Assembly: GCA_050246815.1 (NCBI GenBank)
Contig: JBFWVI010000074.1
Location: 1-11,286 of the forward strand
Source: Bdellovibrionales bacterium
GTDB lineage: Bacteria > Bdellovibrionota > Bdellovibrionia > Bdellovibrionales > UBA1609
Length of the DNA stretch: 11,286 nt
Reading direction: 5' to 3'
In this document: positions 1-7,302 of the stretch, piece by piece
Position numbering within the stretch: the first letter of the stretch is position 1
Layout of the letters: every line of letters begins with the position of its first letter
The notes under the pieces: model-generated
The model's input: the letters and a program-made list of their open reading frames with translations, nothing else
Database searches by the model: none
What the model was told of the DNA's origin: nothing
Program-made: the position numbers and the translations under genes

Positions 1-243
1 GAATCACCTGAATTTTTATGGAACATCGACACCTTGGATTGGAAGTACAAAGACCCCAGCTTCTTAATTGAATACGCCCTGGACCAGGTTAAAGCAGAAG
101 GGCAAGGCGTGGTGCTATTTCATGACATCCAACCACAAACCCTGGCGATAATGCCGGGATTTTTGGCCGCCCTGAAAAACGAAGGCTACAAATTGGCGAT
201 TTTTCGCCCAGGCGAAGCCCGTCACTTGTCGCCGCAAAGGTAG
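1..243 (+). CDS. Polysaccharide/peptidoglycan deacetylase (CE4, NodB-like), C-terminal part; 5' end lies outside the window
   Basis: Frame 1 is open from base 1 (ESPEFLWNIDTLDWKYKD...) to TAG at 241-243. It carries CE4 motif 4 (W..DTLDW) and motif 5 (VVLFHD), followed by the typical 'T..IMP..LAALKNEGY' tail. Confidence 0.85.
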   Translation, partial: ESPEFLWNIDTLDWKYKDPSFLIEYALDQVKAEGQGVVLFHDIQPQTLAIMPGFLAALKNEGYKLAIFRPGEARHLSPQR

Positions 244-247
244 AAGC

Positions 248-787
248 GTGATTCAAACTTGGTCTCAACTCTCGCTTTCAGCGCGGCAAGAGCTGCTACC
301 CGAGCTGCGCGATATCTTTTTCACCTCGTCGACACGTCAAAATTTTACCGATGATGAACAGCGCGAAAATTTTTGGCGACGTTGGACCGATTACTATTTC
401 GATCAACACGAAGATCTACTTTTTGTTTCACGTGCCGAAAAACGCTTGGCCGGTTATCTGATGGCCTGCCCCGACAGCCGACAGGCAGAACCAATCTTAA
501 GTAAAAAAAATCCAAGCTTCTCACTTTTCAATGATCAATTTGACGCCTATCCGGCCCATCTTCACATCAACATGAGCACTGAATTTCGCGGCCAAGGTTT
601 GGGACAAAAGTTGATCGAAACTTTATGCCGAGAACTTGAGCGACGCCACTGCCCGGGGCTCCACCTGATCACATCACCCGCAGCCCGCAATGTGAGGTTT
701 TACCAGCAAAATCGCTTTGACTACTCTTTGGTTCGAGATTGGAAAGGACAGCCCCTGCTTTTTATGGGGCGCCGTCTTCAGACTTAA
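248..787 (+). CDS. GNAT-family N-acetyltransferase
   Basis: 179 aa, GTG start 4 nt after the deacetylase stop. It has YPAHLHINM followed by acetyl-CoA-binding motif A (FRGQGLG) and motif B (GLHL....RNVRFYQQNRF). Confidence 0.85.
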   Translation: MIQTWSQLSLSARQELLPELRDIFFTSSTRQNFTDDEQRENFWRRWTDYYFDQHEDLLFVSRAEKRLAGYLMACPDSRQAEPILSKKNPSFSLFNDQFDAYPAHLHINMSTEFRGQGLGQKLIETLCRELERRHCPGLHLITSPAARNVRFYQQNRFDYSLVRDWKGQPLLFMGRRLQT

Positions 788-2078
788 GCATCAGAAAATA
801 AATATCGCCCCGCTGCTTCACCGTGTTGGCGGCAAGCTCCGCGTATTCGCCTTCGCCAAAGTAAAAATCCACTCGGGCCTTGCCTTTGATCGAACCGCCT
901 GTGTCTTGATCAAGCACAAAACGTGAAAAGGGCATCATCTCGATGTCTTTGTTGTTGTCATGACTTAAGGGGCGCGGACGTTTGGCGCTGACAAAGGCCA
1001 GCACACCCTTGAAACCATAGTTGTTACGGTCGGTGGCGATGGAACGATTGTCTGTGAGCGGCACCAAATCACTGCCTTCGGGCGGATGATAAGTCGGACG
1101 AAAGAAAACATAACTGGGACAGTACGAAAAAATCTGGGGCTCGAGCTGTGGATTTTCTTCGATAAATTGGCGCTGAAAAGGCACGGCCGGATCGGTGATC
1201 CAATTGCGATCCAGCATTTGCGTACTTAAAAAACGCCACTGCCGACCATTGCTTCCGGCGTAGCTGACATACTCGGAATGCTGAATGCCCTGGACATCAC
1301 GGTAGCTGACGCGGCCGCCACCTTCAAGATGCAATAGATAAACCGCGAAGCGATCTTTGGCGTAAAACAGCTCTAAACCACGGCCGGCCAACACACTTTG
1401 AAAGTCAATTTGATACCGGCCCGCGCGATTGACCCATTCGTCATCTGGCTTGGCATAAATTGGAATACTGTATTCTTCAGTGCGCCACAAGCTCACCTCA
1501 AGATGGGGCGTGTAATAACCCGTGAATAGCACCTGCCCACTTTCGCCAAAGCGCGGGTCTTCGGGTGCAAGTTTTGGCGCGTAAAGTACAAATTGTTCGT
1601 GCAATTGTCCGCGAAAATCCGCCCAGCATTTCTCTTTGGATTTCTTGCCGCTTTGAGTGCATTGTTTTGCGGCACGCACCAGCTCGCCAAAGCGAATAAG
1701 GGACTCCTTCACCCTGATCAGCGGGTAGCGATCTTGCCCGAAGGTGATCGAACCAATCATACTGCGCTCTTTGTAGCGCTCCAATTGTCTTTGTAAAACT
1801 AGCTCAACGCCTTCAAAATCCAAGTCGTCATTAAAGTCAGGATATTCGGCGATGGAAACTCTTGCGGTCGGTGTCACAAAGTCGGCGTTAGGGGCAGGCG
1901 CAAGGCTGTTGGCTTGATCGCAGATTCTTTCAATCATTCGTGGTGGCAGGTTCGCACGTTCAAATTCTGGAATGAAAACACAGTTCAAATTGAACAGAAA
2001 AAGCAGTATTGAAATTGCTTTTATCGGCAGTCCATTACCTAAATTCTTTAAGCTCATCATCAAAGCGGCCACATCCAT
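762..2078 (-). CDS. mltA: Membrane-bound lytic murein transglycosylase A (MltA plus 3D domain), probable lipoprotein
   Basis: Motifs FTGYYTP, PIY.KP, YAGSNG, PSYVFF, RSIATD and DQDTGGSIKG..RVDFYFG.G (3D-domain aspartates present). A hydrophobic N-terminal segment ends in LNC. The exact start is uncertain (2078, 2060 or 2057). The 3' end overlaps the GNAT 3' end by 26 nt. Confidence 0.9.
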   Translation of the reverse strand: MDVAALMMSLKNLGNGLPIKAISILLFLFNLNCVFIPEFERANLPPRMIERICDQANSLAPAPNADFVTPTARVSIAEYPDFNDDLDFEGVELVLQRQLERYKERSMIGSITFGQDRYPLIRVKESLIRFGELVRAAKQCTQSGKKSKEKCWADFRGQLHEQFVLYAPKLAPEDPRFGESGQVLFTGYYTPHLEVSLWRTEEYSIPIYAKPDDEWVNRAGRYQIDFQSVLAGRGLELFYAKDRFAVYLLHLEGGGRVSYRDVQGIQHSEYVSYAGSNGRQWRFLSTQMLDRNWITDPAVPFQRQFIEENPQLEPQIFSYCPSYVFFRPTYHPPEGSDLVPLTDNRSIATDRNNYGFKGVLAFVSAKRPRPLSHDNNKDIEMMPFSRFVLDQDTGGSIKGKARVDFYFGEGEYAELAANTVKQRGDIYFLMLKSEDGAP

Positions 2079-2276
2079 GCGGCTAAATCATTGCTGTTTT
2101 AAGTCGTCTTTGCTTTAAGCCTCACCATGCCCAAGTATGTCATGATTCGGTCAAATGTGTCCAATTCAGGGCTCGCAAATGGTCGGGCCCGATCGCAACT
2201 TTGGGCGCCTAGACCTTATATTGTCACCTCTGTGGCCACCAAACCCACTTAAATTTGAGCCCAGGCCTGTCGCCAT

Positions 2277-2292
2277 AGGCACAAAGGTTGCT
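2277..2292 (+). promoter_or_regulatory. Sigma-54 (RpoN) -24/-12 promoter for the 2337 lipoprotein gene
   Basis: AGGCACAAAGGTTGCT has GG(2278-79)-N10-GC(2290-91) and matches TGGCACG-N4-TTGCW except at two positions. It is intergenic, about 45 nt upstream of the ATG. Confidence 0.7.
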
Positions 2293-2322
2293 TTTTAACC
2301 GCCTGGATTTCCCTGTTTTTAA

Positions 2323-2328
2323 AAGGAG
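2323..2328 (+). promoter_or_regulatory. Shine-Dalgarno site
   Basis: AAGGAG lies 8 nt upstream of ATG 2337. Confidence 0.8.
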
Positions 2329-2336
2329 CTGCCCCC

Positions 2337-3254
2337 ATGAAGGCACGTGCGTTGACGATCTTGACCCTTTTGGCCCCCCTGCTATTAGCCGCTTGTGACA
2401 ACAAGGGCGACAACTCTCGTGGTAAAATCGATCGCTTACAGCGAACCGGCGCGGTCCAGGCTCAAGACCTCAACAAAACGTGCAAGATTTTTCCAAACGA
2501 CTGTCTGGACCTAGTGGCCTTAAATGAGTGTCTGAAAAATGAAGACAACCAAGTGGCTCGCTTGGCAACTTTGAATATTTCGCTGTTCAATGCCGGACAG
2601 GACGTGAACAACAGCGAACCCCTGAACAATCCGAAGCTATTGGCCCAGCTTCTGAATCAGGGGGGCGATTTATCAATCCGATATGAGTTGAAACGCTTAA
2701 AAGATTTCCGCGGCCATTATGACATTTTGAACGCGACAGTTCAAAACAAGTGCAGCAGCGTGGTTTTGAAAGAGGCCAATGGCAATTTGCAGGAGTATGA
2801 CATCAAGACCTCTCAGAAAAACTCTTCGAGCTTGGCTTTGGTGGGCAAAAAGACCAAACGCCAAATCCGCTTAAGCTTTCGTGGCGGACAGCTGCTGATC
2901 AAAACAATCGAGCCCCTTGATAAGCTAACCGTCTGCAACCAAGAGCAGAACTTGCAAGTCCAGGTGGACACCGAGATCAGCTATGGAACTTCGGCTTATA
3001 GCCCAATGCAGATCAGCCAAGGTTTGGGTGAATTAATTTCGAAGCACAGCGACGCCAGTGACACACTGAACCAGGCCCTCAAAGAAAGTACAAAGCAAGA
3101 CAAGCGAACCGCCGAGCAGCGCCAACGTAAAATGATCAGCCGCATGCCAATCAACGACAATGTTTTTGTGGAAGCGCAATCACGCCTGCAAAAAGGCCAA
3201 TACAAAGACATCGAATGTGCCGAGTCCGCGAAGCTGGCAATCAAAGCCAAATAA
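2337..3254 (+). CDS. Hypothetical lipoprotein
   Basis: 305 aa ORF with a strong RBS. The signal peptide MKARALTILTLLAPLLLAAC ends in a canonical lipobox (LAAC, Cys20). Six further Cys; Lys/Gln/Asn-rich; no family recognised. Confidence 0.85.
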   Translation: MKARALTILTLLAPLLLAACDNKGDNSRGKIDRLQRTGAVQAQDLNKTCKIFPNDCLDLVALNECLKNEDNQVARLATLNISLFNAGQDVNNSEPLNNPKLLAQLLNQGGDLSIRYELKRLKDFRGHYDILNATVQNKCSSVVLKEANGNLQEYDIKTSQKNSSSLALVGKKTKRQIRLSFRGGQLLIKTIEPLDKLTVCNQEQNLQVQVDTEISYGTSAYSPMQISQGLGELISKHSDASDTLNQALKESTKQDKRTAEQRQRKMISRMPINDNVFVEAQSRLQKGQYKDIECAESAKLAIKAK

Positions 3255-3286
3255 AAAAAACACGGTGGTCTTGGCCAGTTGTGGCC
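3253..3286 (-). terminator. Possible intrinsic terminator after the porin gene, between convergent genes
   Basis: On the minus strand a GGCCA-caac-TGGCC hairpin sits directly after the stop, and a T8 run follows about 12 nt later (A8 at 3253-3260). The stem is short and the spacing non-canonical. Confidence 0.3.
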
Positions 3287-4462
3287 TTAAAAATTATAAA
3301 CCACGCCGGCAGAACTCTGTACCCAGCTTTGGTTTTTACCTTCAGCCGGAGCATCGTCACCCACATTCAGATTTAAAAACTCCAACCCGGCTTTGGCTGA
3401 TAAATTTTCGTTGATCACGCGACGAGCACCAAATGTCAGCTTGGACAGATGCCCCCCCTGCCCGGTTTGGGTGGCGGTTGGGCCGGCGACGTTAGTCGCC
3501 GCATCGGCGTAGCGGACATACTGGTTGGTGTCGTCGTTTTTTAAATATTCATAGCGCATGCCCATCACTGTCTTGTCGTTGGCCGCATAAGAGATTTGCG
3601 CCATTGCGCCCCATACCAAATCATGGTCTTCGCGCCCCGAAGTGGTTTGAGCCACGCCATGGCGCGATTTCGCGACGTTCAGTTCAACCCCGTAGTCCAT
3701 GCGGTTGAACGTGGCAGACAAAGTGCTGTTCAGCAAAATATTGGCGTCATAGTCCACCATTTCGCCACCATTCAGTCGATATTGTCCTTCGGTTTTGGTG
3801 TAAAGTGCCCCGATTGAAAATTGCATGGGTTCTTGGTTCCAGCCAAAGCGAATTCCCGCTTGCGCACTTTGATTGTCTTGCTGAAGGCCGCGCGAATCCC
3901 CGTTGGCCACCAACACCGTCATATGGAACGGCAAAAATGAATAGCCCACCTGAAGGCCGGTGTGGGTGTTGGGTGTGAATGGCTGCAGGATTCCAAACTG
4001 CGCGAACATCATGTCCACACTGTCATTGCCCTCTAAGCCGAAAGCCGAATCAAATTGTCCAAACTGCCAAAACCAGCTTTGGTCAAATTGGTATTTAACG
4101 TAGGCCTGCGCATCGCGGGTCGCAAGCTCGAAGGCGTTCGTGGAACTGGTCACCGTCACGCCGCCGCTGATCGAGGTCTCTATGTTTGTTGATTGCCGAA
4201 ATGGAATGTCGATCACCAGTTCGGCTTTTTCAAATTCATCCGATAACATCATCGTTCCTTGGTAAACGGCGAAACCCGAGGTCTCACCTGGCATTTCGAC
4301 AGCTGAATTTAAATCCACGGCACCGCGATTCCACTGCATTTGCACATCGACGTATCCCGAAGCCACAAGGCCAGGGCCGCCGCTTGATTTTGGCACTTGA
4401 CCGCTGGTTTCTTGTGCTTGAGCCCCGACACTGACCAAAAATAAAAATAGAAACTTCATCAT
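3287..4462 (-). CDS. Outer-membrane beta-barrel porin (putative beta-barrel porin 2 / DUF1597-like)
   Basis: Sec signal peptide (MKFLFLFLVSVGAQA), alternating amphipathic beta-strands (SGYVDV, AYVKY, GMRYEYL), FGQFD..FGLE and P.THTGL motifs typical of this family, and a C-terminal GVVYNF BAM signal. Start is 4462 or 4459. Confidence 0.8.
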   Translation of the reverse strand: MMKFLFLFLVSVGAQAQETSGQVPKSSGGPGLVASGYVDVQMQWNRGAVDLNSAVEMPGETSGFAVYQGTMMLSDEFEKAELVIDIPFRQSTNIETSISGGVTVTSSTNAFELATRDAQAYVKYQFDQSWFWQFGQFDSAFGLEGNDSVDMMFAQFGILQPFTPNTHTGLQVGYSFLPFHMTVLVANGDSRGLQQDNQSAQAGIRFGWNQEPMQFSIGALYTKTEGQYRLNGGEMVDYDANILLNSTLSATFNRMDYGVELNVAKSRHGVAQTTSGREDHDLVWGAMAQISYAANDKTVMGMRYEYLKNDDTNQYVRYADAATNVAGPTATQTGQGGHLSKLTFGARRVINENLSAKAGLEFLNLNVGDDAPAEGKNQSWVQSSAGVVYNF

Positions 4463-4467
4463 TCCCC

Positions 4468-5469
4468 CTAAACCCCGATCTTTGCTTTCACGACGCGCTG
4501 ATGGATGGTGCCAAATATATTTTTACCTTCGCTGTCGCGCATTTCGATTTTAATCGTATCGCCAACTTTCATGAAGGGTGTTTTCATGACACCCTCATTG
4601 ATCTTTTCAAGCATGCGTTTTTCAACCAAACACGAGGATCCCCGACTGGGATCTTCATTGGACACCGTGCCGCTGCCGATAATCGTACCCGCCTTCAAGT
4701 TTCTGGTGCGTGCCGCGTGGGCGATCAACTGGCCGAAGTGAAAATGCATGGCACCCGCATCCGCGCTACCGTATTTTTGCCCGTTGTATTCCACCAAAAG
4801 CGGCAGATGAATGCGCCCTTCGCGCCAAGCGCTGCCCAGCTCATTGGCAGTGACGGCAAAGGGGCCAAAGGCCGAAGACGGTTTGCTTTGAAAAAATCCA
4901 AAACCCGCCGCCAGCTCCTCGGGCACCAGTCCACGTAAACTGACATCGTTAACAATCAAGAACAACAAAACGTGGTCCAACGCTTTTTCTGGTGTCACGC
5001 CCATCGGCACATCGCCAAGCACCACGGCCACTTCGCCCTCAAAGTCGGTCCCGTGACTAAAATCCACTTGCGGAATGTCTTCGGTGGGCGCCAAAAAATC
5101 ATCGCTGCCACCTTGATACATCAAGGGTGTGGTCAAAAGACTTTCTGGAATTTCTGCGCCGCGGGCCTGACGCACCAGACGCACATGATGCAAGAACGCC
5201 GAACCGTCCGCCCATTGAAAGCTGCGGGGCAGGGGCGAATGCAACTGATCCATATTCAAGGTAAAGCTGTCTTTGGCTTTGCCATTTTCTAAGTCGGCCG
5301 CCAACGCTTCAAGCTTGGGCTTGGCTTCTGCCCAATTTTCCAATGCCTCACGCAGACTGGGAGCGACGGAGCTGGCTTTGACCGCTCGGCTGTTGTCTGA
5401 ACTGACCACAATTAGCTCGCCATCACGGCGCTTGGGATGTTTCAGTGACCCTAACTTCATAAGCCTCAT
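4468..5469 (-). CDS. Fumarylacetoacetate hydrolase family protein, of the type usually found with maiA/hmgA in Tyr/Phe catabolism
   Basis: Motifs MKLGSL...RDGEL.VVS, PLPR..QWADGSA, PLMYQGGSD, metal-binding DFEGE, NDVSLR, GFGFFQSKP and IIGSGTVSN. The true start may be ATG 5460. Confidence 0.92.
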   Translation of the reverse strand: MRLMKLGSLKHPKRRDGELIVVSSDNSRAVKASSVAPSLREALENWAEAKPKLEALAADLENGKAKDSFTLNMDQLHSPLPRSFQWADGSAFLHHVRLVRQARGAEIPESLLTTPLMYQGGSDDFLAPTEDIPQVDFSHGTDFEGEVAVVLGDVPMGVTPEKALDHVLLFLIVNDVSLRGLVPEELAAGFGFFQSKPSSAFGPFAVTANELGSAWREGRIHLPLLVEYNGQKYGSADAGAMHFHFGQLIAHAARTRNLKAGTIIGSGTVSNEDPSRGSSCLVEKRMLEKINEGVMKTPFMKVGDTIKIEMRDSEGKNIFGTIHQRVVKAKIGV

Positions 5470-5561
5470 TCCACTGGCAAAATTTGAAAATCACTCATTT
5501 TTCGCAAATCTACGGCCTACTTTCATCGCTCGGCGCGTCACGCTTGTAGCTGGAGCCTCAC

Positions 5562-5590
5562 TTGCTCCGGCGCTTGGCCCCCGTTATCCT
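5562..5590 (+). promoter_or_regulatory. Putative sigma-70 promoter for maiA (-35 TTGCTC, 17-nt spacer, -10 TATCCT)
   Basis: TTGCTC at 5562-5567 and TATCCT at 5585-5590 are exactly 17 nt apart. The predicted +1 falls at or near the A of ATG 5597. Confidence 0.45.
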
Positions 5591-5596
5591 TGAAGC

Positions 5597-6253
5597 ATGG
5601 AAAAGCTCGATTTCTACAGCTATTATCGCAGCAGCTCGGCTTACCGCGTGCGCATCGCCTTGCATTTGAAGAATGTGCCCCACCGCTACCATGCGGTTCA
5701 TTTGCTCGAAAACGGTGGCGAACAAAATCAGAACTCCTATCAAACAATCAATCCCATGGCCGAAGTGCCCGCCATTATTCACAACGGATTCACTTTGACC
5801 CAGTCCATGGCGATCTTGATGTACTTGGACGATTGTTTCCCTGAGCCCCGCTTGTTTTCGGCCGAACCCCAAGCGCGCGCCAAAATGGTGCAAATCTGTG
5901 AAACCATCAACAGTGGTATTCAGCCGCTACAAAACTTACGTGTCCTGCAAGAGCTCGACAAGCGCTTTGGTGTTGGCCAAACCGGCAAAGACGCATGGCT
6001 GCAGCACTGGATCAGTCGCGGCTTCAAGGGACTCGAAAAAATGTTGCAGCAAACGGCGGGCACCTATTCATTCGCGGGCCACTTAAGCGCCGTGGATTGT
6101 TTTTTAGTGCCGCAAATGTTTGTGGCCAAAAGATTTAATATCGACATGAATCCTTACCCGACCCTGAACCGAATCAACGAGAATTGCCTGCGCCATGAAG
6201 CCGTTCAAAAAGCACACCCCGACTGTCAACCCGATACGCCGAGGCCCCAATGA
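5597..6253 (+). CDS. maiA: Maleylacetoacetate isomerase (zeta-class glutathione S-transferase)
   Basis: Signature YSYYRSSSAYRVRIAL, INP...VP, LTQSMAI..YLD, SGIQPLQNL, D.FLVPQ and the C-terminal AHP..QPD. Confidence 0.95.
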   Translation: MEKLDFYSYYRSSSAYRVRIALHLKNVPHRYHAVHLLENGGEQNQNSYQTINPMAEVPAIIHNGFTLTQSMAILMYLDDCFPEPRLFSAEPQARAKMVQICETINSGIQPLQNLRVLQELDKRFGVGQTGKDAWLQHWISRGFKGLEKMLQQTAGTYSFAGHLSAVDCFLVPQMFVAKRFNIDMNPYPTLNRINENCLRHEAVQKAHPDCQPDTPRPQ

Positions 6254-6651
6254 ACTTAAGAACGCTTATGATTTTTATAGTTAACTTGCTTTGGATTGCG
6301 GTTTATCAACCTGCCTCCTCGCAAACGGAGCCGCCTGTTTTAAACTGCCTTTTGGCACAGCTTGATGACCGTGATTATTTTAAAGAAAGCTTTTCCATCG
6401 ATGAGTTCCCCTCACTTACCGCCAGTGAACAAGAAGTGATGATTGGCATTCTGACGTATGGTGCTGACACCGGCGATGAAATCAGCTTCAGCCAAAGTCC
6501 TACGGTGGCCAGGGCCTCAATCCGCACGGCTACTCATGATTTGATTTTGATTACGGTCACCGCGGGTGCGACAGGTAAAAGCGGCATCATCCTGGTCAGC
6601 GAGGCGGCCTCGCAAAAGCCCCGCCTGATCGGCCGCTTGAAATGCAAATAA
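6250..6651 (+). CDS. Hypothetical small secreted protein
   Basis: 133 aa with an ATGA overlap with the maiA stop. It has an N-terminal signal-peptide-like segment (MNLRTLMIFIVNLLWIAVYQPASS) and two Cys near the mature N- and C-termini. Confidence 0.65.
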   Translation: MNLRTLMIFIVNLLWIAVYQPASSQTEPPVLNCLLAQLDDRDYFKESFSIDEFPSLTASEQEVMIGILTYGADTGDEISFSQSPTVARASIRTATHDLILITVTAGATGKSGIILVSEAASQKPRLIGRLKCK

Positions 6652-6669
6652 CGAGATGGGCTCTAGGCT

Positions 6670-6984
6670 CTAGTTAATGCACCAACCGCTCATATGCACC
6701 TTGTTGGTCCACGAGAAAAACCCGTGTGCCGTGCTGAAGCGTGTGTTGATCCCGGTGATCTCGCCACCAGGACACTTGGCCTGCAAATCATTGTAGGCCT
6801 TATTGACATATTCAGTCTCAGTGACAAAACCCATGATCGCGAATTGCTCACCATCCGCAGTGATCCGAACAGCCTTCGTTGAGTGAATACTGGGCTGAAT
6901 GTCTTGAATTTCTGCTTGGTGCAAGGCATAGGTGCAACCCGCCAAATTCAAAGCCATCAGGGCCAAAAGTCCAAGCTTTCTCAT
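6670..6984 (-). CDS. Small hypothetical lipoprotein, third paralog of the cassette
   Basis: Start reassigned to ATG 6984, which forms an ATGA overlap with the upstream TGA at 6983-6981. MRKLGLLALMALNLAGC gives the lipobox LAGC. It contains CPGGEITGINT and a terminal GWC. Confidence 0.85.
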   Translation of the reverse strand: MRKLGLLALMALNLAGCTYALHQAEIQDIQPSIHSTKAVRITADGEQFAIMGFVTETEYVNKAYNDLQAKCPGGEITGINTRFSTAHGFFSWTNKVHMSGWCIN

Positions 6985-7301
6985 GAACGGCCGCCTTTGC
7001 CCCCGCAATAGCCCTCTGCCGTGACTTTGGAGGTGTGAAACAGCAACGGGAAATAAACCACGGTTTCATGTTTGGTCAAAATGCCTTGGACTTTGCCACC
7101 GGGACATTGATTGGCCAGGTCGGCGGCCATCTCGTCCACGTAATCATTGTTAAAATTAAACGCCAAAATGATAAAACGCGAACGTTCTGTTTTCACCTTT
7201 TGACCACGTTCCGCCGGAATTGTGGTGGTGGAAACCGATTGCAAATAGGCGCAACCGCTGTTCAGGGCAAGCGCGGATAACAAAATTAAAATCATTCTCA
7301 C
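6981..7301 (-). CDS. Small hypothetical lipoprotein, second paralog of the cassette
   Basis: Start reassigned to GTG 7301, 6 nt after AAGGAG (7313-7308); ATG 7295 is the alternative. The signal peptide ends in LNSGC. It contains CPGGKVQGILT and a terminal GYC. Confidence 0.85.
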   Translation of the reverse strand: MRMILILLSALALNSGCAYLQSVSTTTIPAERGQKVKTERSRFIILAFNFNNDYVDEMAADLANQCPGGKVQGILTKHETVVYFPLLFHTSKVTAEGYCGGKGGRS

Positions 7302-7302
7302 G

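Noticed and set aside
503..510. A8 run in the GNAT gene (and A8 at 9791-9798) as possible phase-variation tracts
   Set aside because: The runs are short, the frames are intact, and they are explained by Lys or Phe codons.
4501..5893. ORFs overlapping FAH and maiA (4501-4938, 4972-5292, 5273-5593, 5558-5893 and others)
   Set aside because: They are antisense or out-of-frame shadows of strongly recognisable enzymes.
6652..6673. GGCTCTAGGCTCTAG short tandem repeat between convergent genes
   Set aside because: Only two 7-nt units, with no hairpin/U-tract or array structure; probably chance.
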